From assembly GCA_965178125.1 (NCBI GenBank), contig OZ237750.1, forward strand, positions 744,001 to 808,000: DNA of 64,000 nt, read 5' to 3'. Positions within the stretch are counted from its first letter, which is position 1, and every line of letters starts with the position of its first letter. This document shows positions 1 to 13,930 of this stretch, piece after piece. The stretch is from Bilabrum cf. latius (Eukaryota). Below the pieces are notes generated by a model. It was given only the letters and a program-made list of their open reading frames with translations. It was not told the origin of the DNA and ran no database searches. The position numbers and the translations under genes are program-made.

Positions 1-3000
1 TCGCTGATTCATGCCAGCATGGAGAGCCCTCGATATATCTTCTGGGTTCAAAAACACCAGCAGGCTATCCTACTCCCCGAGGCCAGCCGTAGCACCCGCG
101 GCGTGCAGGAGCGCGACTTTGTTCAGGCGGCCGGACAGCAAAGATGACTGTGCAATGGCGGTGGCCTCGTCAAGCGTTCCGCAGCAGGGAATCCATGAAA
201 CGAGCCCGGAGACGGCGGGTGCAAACACTAGATCGTACATCAGCATCGCAAGAAGCATCAGCGGTGCGGTGAAGAGGAACGAGAAACCCTACGATATCCA
301 GAACGTCCACATGACCGAGGAGATCACATCAGGACCATTTCTTGCTCCGAAATCGACAACAATGAAAAGGGCGCCAGCCGCAACCGTAGCGAGCACAAAT
401 AACGTGCAGCCGGCAAAATAACTGAAATGCAAACAGCTTTTCTCCTATCCTTGCAGTGTCCCCAAGACGGCGGCATGCATGGCCTTGTCCTCAAAGATCT
501 CTTCTAGAATCTCGTCCACCTCATCGACACTAGGAGCACCGGCTTCAGTGGCCCTGCGAATGCGTGTTGATCGCACTGCTTGGCTTGCTGAGCTGTCACT
601 AGATGAATAAGCCGGGGGGGAGCCCGCTTCAGACTGGGCCTCGCTCTCAGACCTTGACCGGATCTCGGGGGCGAGTGCTGCCTCCAATTGCAGCCGGGGC
701 ATATTACATACTGCCGCATACTACTGCGTGGATAGTGAACCGAGCCCCGCGCCGCTAACAGCTTTACCCTGGTCTTGGCCTGTCGCTGTGCCGCCACCAA
801 CAGGCGTCTCGCCGGAGGTGCGAGGGAGAGAAGCATCGGTGGTTTCATAGCTGCCGGCATTGCCAAGGTGCTTACCCTCAGTAGCCCCCCCCGACGGGTC
901 ACAGGTCTACCCGTCGGGGGGGGTAGATGTAGCCGGCGCTGCTGCCCCGGAGCTGCTTGGTGCGTCCATTCCTTTGCCAGATTCTGGGGTCGATTTGGAG
1001 TCCCCGGTTTCGGGGCTTGCAGGATCAGATCCTGACCCTGACTTGGCAATTGCGCCACCCTCAGTGGAACTTGTATCGTGGGCTGTCATGCTGCCGCCAC
1101 GTGCTGAACCTTTTCCGAGGTCAGGAAAACTCGCCCTGGTAACTCTGTCACCATCATCGCCATCGCCTGGCACACCTTCGTGGCTTCTATCAGACCCAAA
1201 CACATCAGCAGCAGGAGCCCTGGGACTCTCGATTGCAATGTCTTCTACGGCCGCGATGAGCCCGTCCTCGTCTGAGCTAGATGCAGAACCAGCGGCTGAG
1301 TTGTCGCGACCAGGTTGCCTCGCGCCAAGCCTACTTTTGTTCGGGAATCGATTAGCCAGTTTTGGTGTTGAATGTTCCCAGTCACTTAGTTTAGTCTTTG
1401 TCCTCCGTGCACTTCTTCCAGAGCGGCCAAATGCAGCCTACGGGTCTTCATCTTCGCTGCTTTGGGCGGAAGGCAGCATTATTCCACTTTCTTGCCAAGG
1501 GCCGGACATCCCAGCAGCTCCTCTAGTCACTTGTACCTCAGTAAGCTCCGAGTCAGGATCATCGCCGAGCTCCTCCTGTTCTCTGGCGAGATCCCTGGTG
1601 CCAAGCAGTTCGGGCTGCCTGATGGCGCACACGCACCTCAAGTCGTCCATGAGGCCCCAATCCCAGCAGTCACAAAGCAAGCACGATTCATGCCCCTAGA
1701 CTGCGTCTCTAGCAGGCACACGCGGTGCAATTGGTCTGTCATGTAGCACACTTCGAGGGGCTGGAGCTGGCCCAACTCTGCCAGAACCATGTTCCGAGTG
1801 CAATGGGACTTCATGGCTACTACTGCTCACACCCGTACCTGCAGGACCCAAATTATCAGTACAGGCCTGCATTCGAATAGAAGCAGCTCGAGTATCGCGT
1901 CGAATGTGACAGCATCCGTAAGGCCGTCCGTGCGCAGCAAACTGTTGCATCAAAAACAGATTGCGCTGACTTGGGAGCCGGTTACAGCAGCAAACCAGGC
2001 AAGGGCATGCACGGATGCAGCATTCAGGCGCGTTCGTCCACCCAAGCTCCGATGCAACCACCTCATCCGGAAGACGATCCATGACTGCGGCTGCCGGAGA
2101 CGCGCTTGGCCTCAATTCACCCGAGCAACAGATACCACACGAGGCATACGTGGAGGCTCTTGGGCCATTCACACGCTCTCGTGACTTTGACAGCAGCTAT
2201 ATGATCGTATCTGGGCTCCTGCTTTCCTCTGGTAGTGCCAAGAGCACGTTCATATCTTCCAAGATGGAGGCTTGGTGAACAATCTCTGCTTCCAAATCCC
2301 ACAGACGTTGCTCGCGTGATGCGGGGGAGAGGCACGGCCCAAATAAGTCTGCGCATCTCCATGACCACACGAGCTAGCAACAGCTCAATTCAAAACGAGA
2401 CTGACGAACCAGCTCGTCTCCGTAGTCTCGCAAACTTCGGAGGAAGCGCAGCCGTTGGGAAAACTGGTATTGCCGAATCTGAACGATCGCAAGAAGCAAG
2501 ATGTTGGGCTCATCCTGCTAATCAGGCGCCTCAAGTCGAGTAGCAGAGGTCCTGCTTAGTTCCCGCTGGTTCATTGTCTCCAGAACCTCCTATCTTCTTT
2601 CTCTCTCATGTGCTACAGCCTCAGCGAAACTCTGGGCAGAGCTTTCACTGCTTCCCAACAATACCGAAAGCCTCCTTAATTGCTAATAGTAAGCGTCTGC
2701 CACAGGTGAGTCGGTCCGAATGACCCAGTTTGCGAGTGAGTAGCGGAGCATCACCAACTTGTCGCGCATCTGTCCAACTGTACGACCCATGCGGAGCTCT
2801 GCCACGCGACGGACCTCAAGCTCACGCCATATCGGAAGCAGATTAGATCTCATCCATACGGCGCGTATGAACGAGGTCAAAGCAGTCAATAATGATTCGC
2901 CAAGCAACTGTATGCATGAGGCAGCGAGCGAAAATGCGAGCCGCTCCTACAGTGGGATGGAGCGGAAGTCGTTAATCAATTCCAGCGTCATCAGCCCCTG

Positions 3001-6000
3001 AGACGCGGTACAACAACACAACAAATGCAAGAGACAGCAGCGTAGATACAAGTAGCTATGCAAGCCTGAACGTCCTCCCGTATGCGGGCTGATACATAGT
3101 AAAAACCGCGAGGTACAGGTGATGGAACGGCAGCCGTATGCAGCAGAGGCAGAGCAAGTCTCTAGAGAGCTACCAGGCCAGACACACGGAGCCGGTTGGG
3201 AGATTTGATAGCCCCACAAGCCTATTATCTGCATGGTTTACTCCCTCGATACTGCTCCTCCCAAGAGCAGGGGCGATAGTGCCAGCTGCAGATAGCTGCG
3301 GACTGCCACCACGATGGGGTCCAACAGATGGGGCTGGCGCCGGAGTTGAACCACTGCAGCTGTCTGCAGCAAGGCATGTATTCTACTGCTCAACGAAGCG
3401 CGCTACTTTTCCTAGGTATTGCATCGAATCTGTGAAGAACTTCACTGAAGCTACCGGCTATTTGGTGCTCGAATCACTCCTAGAAGAAGGAGCCAGTGGC
3501 CCAGCAGGAGTGGACGTCCGGTGTTCCACATTTCCTGCGCCACCAGCTGATACTAAACCACCTGGTGACCTAGCACCTGACGCGGTGACATCGTTGGCTG
3601 GCTGCGGCGCTTGCGAGCCGCCTTCCTACGCTGGGGTTACCTCACGGCCGAGGCATGTGCAGCAGTTCTCGAGTCCGCTGCACCAGTTGTCGAGGTAGGC
3701 CACGCAGCAGCCACCAGGGTCCTTTGCAGGTGACTATTGCTATGAAAACATTCGAACACCTGGAATCTTTGACTCGAGGTGCGGATACAATGTTGCAAGG
3801 TAATGCTGCTGCGAGTCTTGCACTTGTGGTCTACTCCCCCCACGGGACGAGCCAGCAAGTCCAGGTTCGCGCACTAAAGGACTACCAGAGTTCTCGCGAT
3901 GCAAGCCAGTATGCTCACAATTTGATGGCAATTGGGCAGTGCCTATAGTCCCAATAGCGCGTTCTGACCCATTGGAACGGGCGCTAGACATACCTGCTGG
4001 CACGCTACGTGACGAGTTGTGCCCCCCAGCGATAGCTTGCATTGCCACTGTTGCGATACGCACCGCTTCATCAATCCCGTCATCAGAATTCTGTCTCAAC
4101 GCTTCACTCAGCAGCTCATTGCTACCCTCTAGGCGGATGAGGTCGTGAACCACTGCCACTTCTGGGTCCCGAACCAAGCGACGAATGAAAAGCACGCGGT
4201 CACGACGGTCTAAGCAAAGCACCACGGCACCCAGCAAGCCAAACAAGAGCAGCAGGGAGCCCAGGGTGACTATAAGGTAGGAGCTCTGTGATTGGTTGGC
4301 TAGTGCCGGTTGGAGAGTTTCCAACCTAAAAGTCTGTGTCTCCGTTCTTGCTAGCAATTCCAAGCGACTCGAGAAATCGGTCAGATGTGAGCACCTGCAC
4401 ACGATACCGCCACTCAATACGGATACGGCGAGACAGCCCTCTCCTGACCAGCCCCCCTTCTCTTCGTCCCAGAAAACGCAGGCAGCTGACTCCACCTCAA
4501 CGGTGCTGCTGAACTCCTACCGGCTCTGATTGGCACTGAGTGGCACACCACACTGATCCGGAAAGCTTAGTGAAACGTTGTGTTTTACAGATGGGAGCTC
4601 CGGGATGACATCACCGTCGATAGCCAGCACTTGCTTGCTAAGAATTGCATCTGACGCAAGCTAGCGGCGCTTGGCACCAGTACTAGCTGCGGCTGGCAGC
4701 AGTAAGCAAACCTGCAGACCAACGTCTGCGATATCAATAGGGGAGCCGTCGCTTGCAGCAAGAAGATTCACAGATACTGTCGGCCCGCTTCTTCCACCTA
4801 AGGAAACAACTTCAGTCGTACGCGATACGTTCCCAGTAATCGTCAGCACACCTTCTGCATCTCGTGGAGCGCTTGCTAAGGTGCTGATTTGTAAGAGTGC
4901 CCCGTCCAAGTCTTCATCAACAATGGTCTGCACATCCGGCAGTCCAATAGCATCTTCTATGCCTGCAGTAGCTACTGAATGTGGGCTGGTATCGACGCCC
5001 CACTTTGTTGCTACCGCATCCACTCCTTCGCGTAGCAGTTGCACGAGCAGCTGCCTTCTCATACTAGGCAACGCAAAGTCTGCCAGGTTAGCTGCTGTGA
5101 GACTGACAAGCGCCATCCCGTACCCAAGTACATCAGCATTTCTAGTCCTCTCCAGTAATCCGGCGGTTCCATTGCATAACTACCCTACTAAGTCCAACAT
5201 ATCACTGTTCCCACCGGGATTGGTGGGCGCACGTGACAGGACGCCCAAGACCGGTCTACCGCCAACCTGTGACTCTATACCAAGAAGGTCCAGCCTACCT
5301 GCAGCGAGCGAGAGACCATCTCCGATGCCCTCGATAACACGAGGTAGCTCACCGGGGACTGCGTCAGCTAGCATCGATCGACCGAGCAACTGCGAGAAAT
5401 GAGAGATTTCGGTGGATGTCCCGTTATCAATTGCACCGAGCTTATCGGACAACTTGGCGGCTTGAGCAATCGACGAGAGTGCAAGTAGCACACTAGCAGC
5501 AGTCTCAGCACCCACTGCAGGAACGTCAGCCGGCTCAACTCTCCGAGAAAGTAGCGTTCCGGTGGATGCCAGTGCGCCTCGGAGCAGCACATCGCTGGCG
5601 CTAGCTACGGATGAATCGAGCACCGCCACGACTGCCTAAGATGAAACCTGCAAGTTCACATCAGATGGTGTTGACTAGGACGTTGTATCAGCCAATACCT
5701 TGACAACGTTCTCCCGCGCACTAATGAGAAGGTCAGAGGCAGTATTGTCGGGACCATCTACTGGCTCGTACGCCACCAACGTCTCAGAGGCTGTTCTCGT
5801 GCGTAGCAAAGCCTTCTCGGGATTGAAGACTGCAGCACTGAGTCTAGCAGTCTGTAGCTGAGTCTCAACAACCCGGACTACGCCTCCTATATCAGCTGCT
5901 TCTTGTACAGTGAAGGTGGGTCTCACTATCACATGCGCAATGGCCACACCACGACTGCGCATCTAGTCAGTAGCAACGACGATAACGGTCATATTTACAA

Positions 6001-9000
6001 GACTCTGCTAGGCCTGCCGCGAACGGGGCATTGTGAATCTGACCAAACTTGCCGTGCTCTGCGCCACAGCAGGACGCACTGAGGGAAGCCGCAGGAGATC
6101 GTCGATGGATTTGCCAGGACCTGCTACATCTACGCTCGTTGTCGGCACAGATAGCGTCTCAGAGCTGGCGTAGTACGAGAATTGCAACGGAAAATCCAGA
6201 GCAGAATCCGTCCATCCACTAGTCCGTACCTGCACCTCATCCAGCAAAGCTCTAGGCTAGCCACCGAGAGCATTCAACCCAGAATCCGCAAGCTCAACCG
6301 TAACCCGCCCTCCGGTCGGCGGTGAGTTCACCACGATGCGCGCAGAGGCTTTGGAGCTAGCAAGTGATCCAGAAACACTATCAGTGGAGGATTGAAGTGA
6401 AACAGAGGCTGTAAACTCGTACAACTTTCCCGGTTGCAACACGCCGCCGGCCAGCACCAGCCGTCGCTGGGTTGTTGAAGTAAGGACAGCATTTGGTGCA
6501 TCTGGTGCGGAAGAGTTGGCTGGAACCGACAGGCCAGAGCCAGCAATTGCGGGCCCAGCCGTTTGCATCCAACGAAGTGACAACCCAAACTCGGTGAGGG
6601 GCTACTCTGCATCGCCAGGTCGCACACCACTGACTACAGCTTCGAGAACGAGTCTTCTGGACGATGAGACCACTACTGCTAGACGGTTTGAGTCATAGCG
6701 TCTTGGCGAGATATTTGAGGTTGAAATCTCGATGCTGGGAAGACTTTGCTCTACGATCGATACAGATGATTCTGTGTATCCTGTCTAAACGGCAGAAGAA
6801 GGCCCACCAGCTGACTCGTTCACGCCCAAGGCCTGCAAGCCGGATGTAATTGTTGCTCCTATGACGGCAGTGTACCCCACGGCAGATCGCGCAAATGACT
6901 CACTCAGCGTCGCCCTGTCAAATGAGACCGATAACTCTGAACTGCAGTTGCGCTCCTGTGGAGCCTCGACTGATTCTGTCTCTCCAAGCAGCAACACAGC
7001 TGTGCAGTTCCATCGAACTGTGACTGCAGTCTCGAAATCCGCTGAATCATACCCGATGTCCACGATGCCCGTGTCAGCATCACTAGGTGCAAAATCAGGG
7101 TCGATGGTTTCCGAAAGCCGCACCTCGATGGCGCGATCGCCCGGTACAGACCTGCCTCCACCTTCGAGCTCCACCTGTAGCTCCTGGCGGCCAACCTCGA
7201 TCACGTGCAGCTACCAAGCATCCGTGATGAACGAGGCAGGCAACTCGATGATCGAACCGATAGTGGAGTTAAAACTCGCGACAAAGGCCCTTACAGCGAA
7301 TGCATACGTGTGAAGAGCACGAAGGGCGGAACCCGGCACATTAATGACAGGGTTGCCACGCTTGACAGAGCTTACTGCCTTGAGACCGCTGAATCCCGCA
7401 GTAGCAGTCCACCATGCCGCTGAACTCAGATTATGATGCAGCTTGTCCACATTTGAGATGTTCCCTAGAATGGTGTTGTCCTCCTTGAGTGCCAGGCGTC
7501 CGAGCTAGACCTCAGTGAAAAAGTCTGCGACATGGGCGTCTTCGGGCAAATCTCTCGGTCTGAAAGCTGGCAGCAATCTACGCGAAGCTTCGTCAGCAGA
7601 CAGAAGAGACGAGGGTGTTCCAAGCAGTTGTCTCCATTCTACCGCTACAACCAACTGGGTACCCAGTACCACCGTTGGCAAGACGCACAGGTCTACTTGG
7701 GATCCAATCGGAAACGGTGCCCCTCTGAAACGGAGCTGTGCACTAGTAAGGGCGTCCTGAAAATGCACTGTGGGGAGGGACACCACGTCAATATCTGCTC
7801 CTGCAAACTGCCACGGGTATTGCATGGCGCGGACATTCCAGTCGCTCTGCGAAATCGAAGCCACGCCTGGCTCAAAGACTCGAGCCGCCACCCGCACGGT
7901 AGCTGCGTAGCCTGGTACGATCCTAGCTAGACGAATTGCAATGAAAGGACCATCACCACCTTGTTCGACAATAGCAGACGATGCACCGTCAGAGTTCATT
8001 TCCATCTAAATCTACGCGATATTCGACTGAGTTTCTGCTACTCTAAACAGCAAAGTGTTCGCCTGCTGCACTGCAGTTCCAAGGCTAACGGAGGCCGCGG
8101 GATCCGTGGGCGGCGTCGTGATCTCAATGCTCCACTGTGTCTAATACGACTGTACCACCCCGCCACCTCTAGACCCACTTGCATTGAATCTTGCTGCATC
8201 CCCGCAAAGTGTAAATAAGCCCTACGATGCAGTCACAGCAGCTGTCAACGGCTGCGGTTGCGGAGACACTACCGGAGTTACTGAAGGAGTCGCAGTCGGT
8301 GAAGGCGAAGCCGAAATAGAAGGTGGAGGCGTGAATGTACTGGGAGCCACCCGTACATCAACAATGTACACTGCGCCAGCAGCATCGAGCTATCCTGAGA
8401 AGCTTGTTCTAGTCGCTCCGAAGACAAAGCGACCGAAAGCCCTCGAGGGTGGGCGCGACACGAATGCCATGGAATTCGCATCGAAAACGTCGTAGTCTGG
8501 TTCCTAATCAGAGTCAAGCATTGCTACCAGACTATTGGTTCTATGCGATATCTCCAATACGGAAATCACTGTCCTGTTGTGTGGGTCTATTTCCAGCAAG
8601 AATACACCGCCTCGGATCTCATCGGCAGCCACTCGACGAGCCGACACAGCAATGACCGGGCGGCCGGAGCCGTAAAAGTCTCCAAGTGGCACTATCGCTC
8701 TTGCAAACTCGGTAGGCACCTATCCTGCAGGCCCTGGGTCTGGAAAAAGCGAAGATGGAAATCCACCGAGTCCATCGCCAATCACCACAGAGCTGCCGTC
8801 GACGTGCACTTGCCCGGAAGCGCCCTCTATTGAGCCACTTGAAGGCTCCGTAACATTTAGCACGGTCAGCACAAGTATCACGTCCTCTGTTGTTCCAACA
8901 TACAGATCGTGGGCAGTGGGTGGCGCTCCAAGATATGACACCGGCTGAGCAGTGAGGCCCGCTAGTGTTGTGGTCGATTCAATGCCACCGTACTGCATGA

Positions 9001-12000
9001 CATGCAGTTCACTGAAAAACCCCACCGTATCATCATCATTCAGGGCTAGCACGTGCAGCGACTAAGCTCGGTTTGTGCTTGCTACTAGATCGTACAGACC
9101 GTCACCGGTGACATCGCCCAATGTAGCAATGCTTTGGAACCATGTGGTACCAGCGGGCCCGACTGAGCTGGGCGGTTCCCAAGTCGTCTCGTGCAAGACA
9201 CTGCCGTTCGGCTACAGCCTCCAGATCCACAGCTTGCCAACTGATGCTCGCCCGCCGACTGGAGAGTTCGGTGCGCCTACAAATAGGCGCGGTGTGGACG
9301 GGTTAATACCAAGTGGCTGCCCATGCGGCATACTAGCCAGCGTGTGCAGTCCATCTACACCTGTGGCAAGCGTGGTCACATTCTGAATGATTCCGTTTCG
9401 TTTGAGGAAGAGGACGCGAATTTGAGTCGGGATTGGATTCCCACCCGAATTCAGCTGCGTTGTCACCACGTCATCCACACCGTCCTAGTTCAAGTCACCG
9501 ATACTTTCCAGTCTAGAGCCGAAGTTCGCGTTTGCACTGAGACCAAGTGCACCTGCCTCGGCAGCAGAATTGGGGACCCTCCTTGCCTCAACCACAGAGC
9601 CGACGTCCCCAGCTGTGGATGGGCTCGGGCTCGGGCTCGGGCTCGTTGATGTGGAGGGACTTGGGGACACGGAAGCAGAAGGGCTAGGCGAGAATGCTGC
9701 AGAGTTCGCGCATACATCGATGGTGAAAATTGCCCCACCATGCAATGCCATCGGGTGGTCGAATAGCCTGGCGCCCACTACAAAACGCCCGACAGCATAT
9801 GCGGGAGTTTCCTCAAAAAAGGCAAGACCAGATCCAAAATCTGCCGCGGTCCTATTCTCTAGCCTCCACTCTGCAACTCCCACTAAATCTTGAATGGCCG
9901 AGCTGCTGCGATACGACACCTCGGTAACATTTTTCACCGTACGGCTCGATGAGTCCAGCTGAAGCAGGAAGATTCCTCCCACCCTTGGTATGGAGCTCAC
10001 CAAGGAAGTCATCGATGCTGCAATGACCGGCTATGTGCCTCCAAACGCGTACCCAACGTATGCTAAAGACGTACCAAATCTGTTTTGCACTCCTGGGAAG
10101 TGCTCATCCGATAAGCCTCCATGACCACGACCAATCGTCACTACATTGCCCGAGATGTGTACGGCTCCTGGGTGGGTATTGGCCAGGTGTGGAGCCGGGG
10201 CAGTGGCATTCAGTAGCTTAACGACAAACAGAACGCCCCTGTTAGAATCTGCCGTAGTATCTCCGATGAAAAGGTCGTGGGCCAGCGGGTTCTAGTGAAT
10301 CTCTTCTCCTATGCTTCGAATAGCCAGCAGGCTAGCGTTCGGGTACATCTGCGGTACCGAGAGGTCCGCAGCTCGGATCTCGCTGAAGAACTAGACGCTG
10401 TCATCGGCCGCCAGAGACAGGATGAATACTGACTGTCGGCCCGCAGCGCCCACAGCCAGGTCGTGCAGCCCGTCACCCGACACGTCGCCCATGGATGTCA
10501 GCGCGGAACCGAACTCAGCCCCAGAAGCGAGGTTGGCGGGCAGCGACCACACCCTCTCTCCGTACACCACACCGGAAGATCTCAGCCGCCAGCTGTACAG
10601 CTCACCCGCATTGGACGATGCCCCCACGTGCTTCTGCGAGAGACCTGCAAACAGCCTGGAAACGCTAGGGTCTTCGCCGAGAGGCTAGCCGTCCGGCATA
10701 GCAGCCACTGGCAGGTATAGCCAGCCAGCTTGTACAAATCCGGGCCCTACCCCGCTAGAACCTGCTGTTAAGCTGGAAATGTTTTTTGGAATTCCTTCAG
10801 AGTCCGGGAACATGACAAGAATCTCAGCTTGCTGTGTCGAAGAGTTGCGGCCTATTGGAAGGGACACTGCGAGATCGCCCACCCCATCGCTGTTCAAATC
10901 CCCAATGTTTGCTACCCCGGCACCAAAACGAGACGAGGGTCTTAGCCCAAGTGCTTCCGCCTCGGCATCAGATGCAGGATACCTGCGCGCAGATACAACT
11001 GAGCCTATGCTTCCAGGTGTGCAAGGCGACTGTGACGGCGACGTAGTCGAAGCGGGCTGTGTCGCAGACAGACTTCGCACTCCTTCATTCCGTCCACACG
11101 TGGTGACTCCATATACTAGTTGGGTCGACTAGCTAGGCCCTGGCAACGACAAACCATGGCAAGACGTTGTGAATGCGTCGGAATCGCAGAAATCGCGCGT
11201 GCGGTCCTTAATCCGTGTGGCTGACTTCACCGCGCCGTTTGAATGCATGGCCAAAAGCCATCCCACCCCTTTACCCCGTACGCAATTGTATCCTCGAGTC
11301 GTTGCTACAGCAATGTCAGGCACACCGTCCAGGTCCAGGTCACCCACTGCAGCCAGGGCTGAGCCAAAGCGGTCGCCGTCATCCAGTGACCCTGTGAATC
11401 CCCCGGTCGTGCCGGAGATCTTCTAATGTGCCTTGACCGTTCCGTTTGCGTGCAATAGCAGCATCCACACTGCACCCCGTGCATTGCCAACGCCATCGTC
11501 CGGGATGGCGCCCACCGCCAGGTCCTGGAGCCCGTCCCCGTCCAGGTCGAGTGAAGCCAAGGCCACTCCGAAAATGTTCAGGCTGTTCAAGATGCCAGCG
11601 AACCCCCCCTGCATGCCAGATATCTTCTAGTGTCGTAGCACAGTCCCTGTCACATTCATGAACAGGATCCACACCGCACCCCTTCCCCTTCCCCTTCCCC
11701 TTCCCCTCCCCCCCCCCACACCCCGGTCAATATCACCAGGTGCTCCGACGGCCAACTCCGGGACGCCGTCACTGTTTAGATCTCCCATGTTGGTCAGCGC
11801 CTGTCCGAACAAGTCGCCATCGTAGAGTTCGCCCGTAAAGTTCCCCTCCGTGCTGGATATCTTCTGATGTGACCTGACTGTCCCGTTGCCCCGAAGGATC
11901 AGCACCCACACAGCCCCCCGGTTAGCTCCTGCGGCACCGCCGTCATCGTCTCCGGGCGCGCCCACCGCCAGATCAGGTACACCATCCAAATTTATGTCAC

Positions 12001-12616
12001 CACAACTAGCAACGGAAGCCCCGAATCGATCCTAGTGTGCAAGGTCGCCGCCTCTGAACCTGCCTGAAGGGCTTGAGATATCATGCTGGCCTTGGACGCT
12101 CTTATCCCGGTTGAGAAATAAAATCTAGACAGCGCCGTGGCGAGGCGTCTAGACACAATTGAAGCTAGCCCCAACAACAATGTCTATTTCACCATTGCCG
12201 TCTACATCGCCGAGAACCCCTGCTGCTCTCCCGCACTAGCTTCTCGATACAAACGAAAAGGCGGTCCCAATATCAATTATGTCGCCAAGATTCCCTAGTT
12301 TGGCCCGCAATGAATCCCAGTGAACTATATCGACTCTATGATGAGACTTCGAGTGGGCTGTTGTGCTGCATAGCGGCGAAGTTGTCGCATCGCGGCTGCT
12401 GGATGGCGGTCCGCTAGCACTCATCAACATAGGCCCGGGGGTTTTGTGTGCAACACTCCTACGGCCATGCTCGTAATATTGACCAAAATGTTCTACCTTG
12501 CTTGCAAAAGCAGCCATCGAATCCTTCTATCGCGACCAGGACCGGCTCAAGCTGGCAATAATCGCTATCAACATCAATGGCGCTGTCGACCAGCTGCGCA
12601 GGAAAACGGGGCGCAT
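1..12616 (-). CDS. Giant polycystin-1-like cell-surface receptor (>4,200 aa, 3' end outside window): signal peptide, multiple FG-GAP/integrin-alpha beta-propeller modules, REJ-like region, GPS motif, multi-pass TM region; needs TAG=Gln and one frameshift near 2972-2998
   Basis: About 20 ORF-track fragments from 3740 to 12790 share one frame and each ends in TAG; I found no TAA/TGA in that frame from 12616 to 2975. FG-GAP motifs (GDLNSDGVPELAVGAP, GDLDLDGVPDIAV, GDVSGDGLHDLAVGA), REJ-like VNSPPTGG and GWTD..FPLQFSYY, GPS CVFWDEEKGGWSGEGC...CRCSHLTDFS (~4370-4480) followed by TM helices. The reading continues in the adjacent frame (~2990 to <1), again interrupted only by TAG. Start ATG uncertain (12616 or 12637). 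Confidence 0.85.
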
Positions 12617-13930
12617 CCGCCATTGAATCTTTGACATCAAGTATAATCCTTCTCTGGCAAACTCTCTGGAACGTCCTGCGATCGTAGTGAGCGAAATACT
12701 CCCGAAGGGTTCAGGTTCTATTCTGCGGATTTGCATCGATGCTGTCGGGACATCTGGCACAGAATCCCAATAAAATGAGGGGAGATTCATAGTCTCATTA
12801 GGTTGCCAAGTGTTGTACTATGTGCGAGCGCTTCAATTGGGCTTCTCGGCGGAATCTAGTCTTACAGAGTGGGTCGATTAGCTCTGTAGCATACAGCGAT
12901 ACTCTGTGCCAAAAATGAAAGCCCAGCTGCGATAATTTAATATTATCAAAGTTGAATATAGCGGAGAATGGGCAGTGCGCCGTCATTTAAGTGGAATTCA
13001 TGCACAGCAAATCGAACCGTGGGCACGCGCACCTGACGCAGATGTCCACCGTTCTGCTCGACTTGAACAATGCTGCCAATGAATGAATTCTTACTTCAAT
13101 TTTTTTCAGAGTCCCTTCGCCTGAGGTCTTAGGGTCCAAGAAACGAGAGAGCGAAGTGACGTGCATGCTGATGCTACCATTGTCATCACACGGTTTGGTT
13201 GCCGGCGGTCGCAAGCACAGCAGGCGGTAGTCGCATTATCCAGATGAAACGAAAACATTGCGCGAGGCGAAAGTGAGAGAGATAGGAAAAGATCAAGCTG
13301 CTGACACGCTGGTTGGCAGCCCCAAAGCAATAGCAAGATCCTGTGGCCCAGGCTGGCACGCTTCGGCGAGGGGGGCACCGAGCTGCACGATACCTCTGCA
13401 GTTTTGCGGGAAGCGTCGGCCATCCCCCGCGCGCATTGATGTATTCATAGCTGACAGTATCTGCCACATGGGCGATTCTATGAGGCCCAGACACAATCGC
13501 CACGAGGGTGCAGCCACTGCACTGCAGTGTAGCTTGGAGCACAACTCCTGCAGGTGCATAGGCATGTCTCACAAGTAAGTGTGCAGCTCCTTAGCCGAGC
13601 ATCAGCATTTGCAAACACCTACCGCGTCTAATCTGGTCACCAGGGAACCCTACTCTTAAGTGGGCGTGGTCGGCGACCATTGGTCGCCTGTTGGTCGCCA
13701 AGTTTTTCTCTCATTGTAACGTGTACTATCTGTTCTGTTTTGGTTTCGAATAATATTTTGTACCTGCACGAACAACCCTGACCTCCCTCATAAAAACAAA
13801 TCTACAAGTAGACACCAGGCTCTGTAAGGTCTAGTTATAACTAATTGTTATACTTCTGAGCTGCCCGCCTTCGTTGGGAAGCCAGTACCATTTCAGGGTG
13901 GCACACCACTGATTTCTGGGAAGGTTCCTG

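Noticed and set aside
12800-13600. Short ORFs between the two receptor genes
   Set aside because: No motifs, no coherent long frame and no transposase or RT signature recognised.
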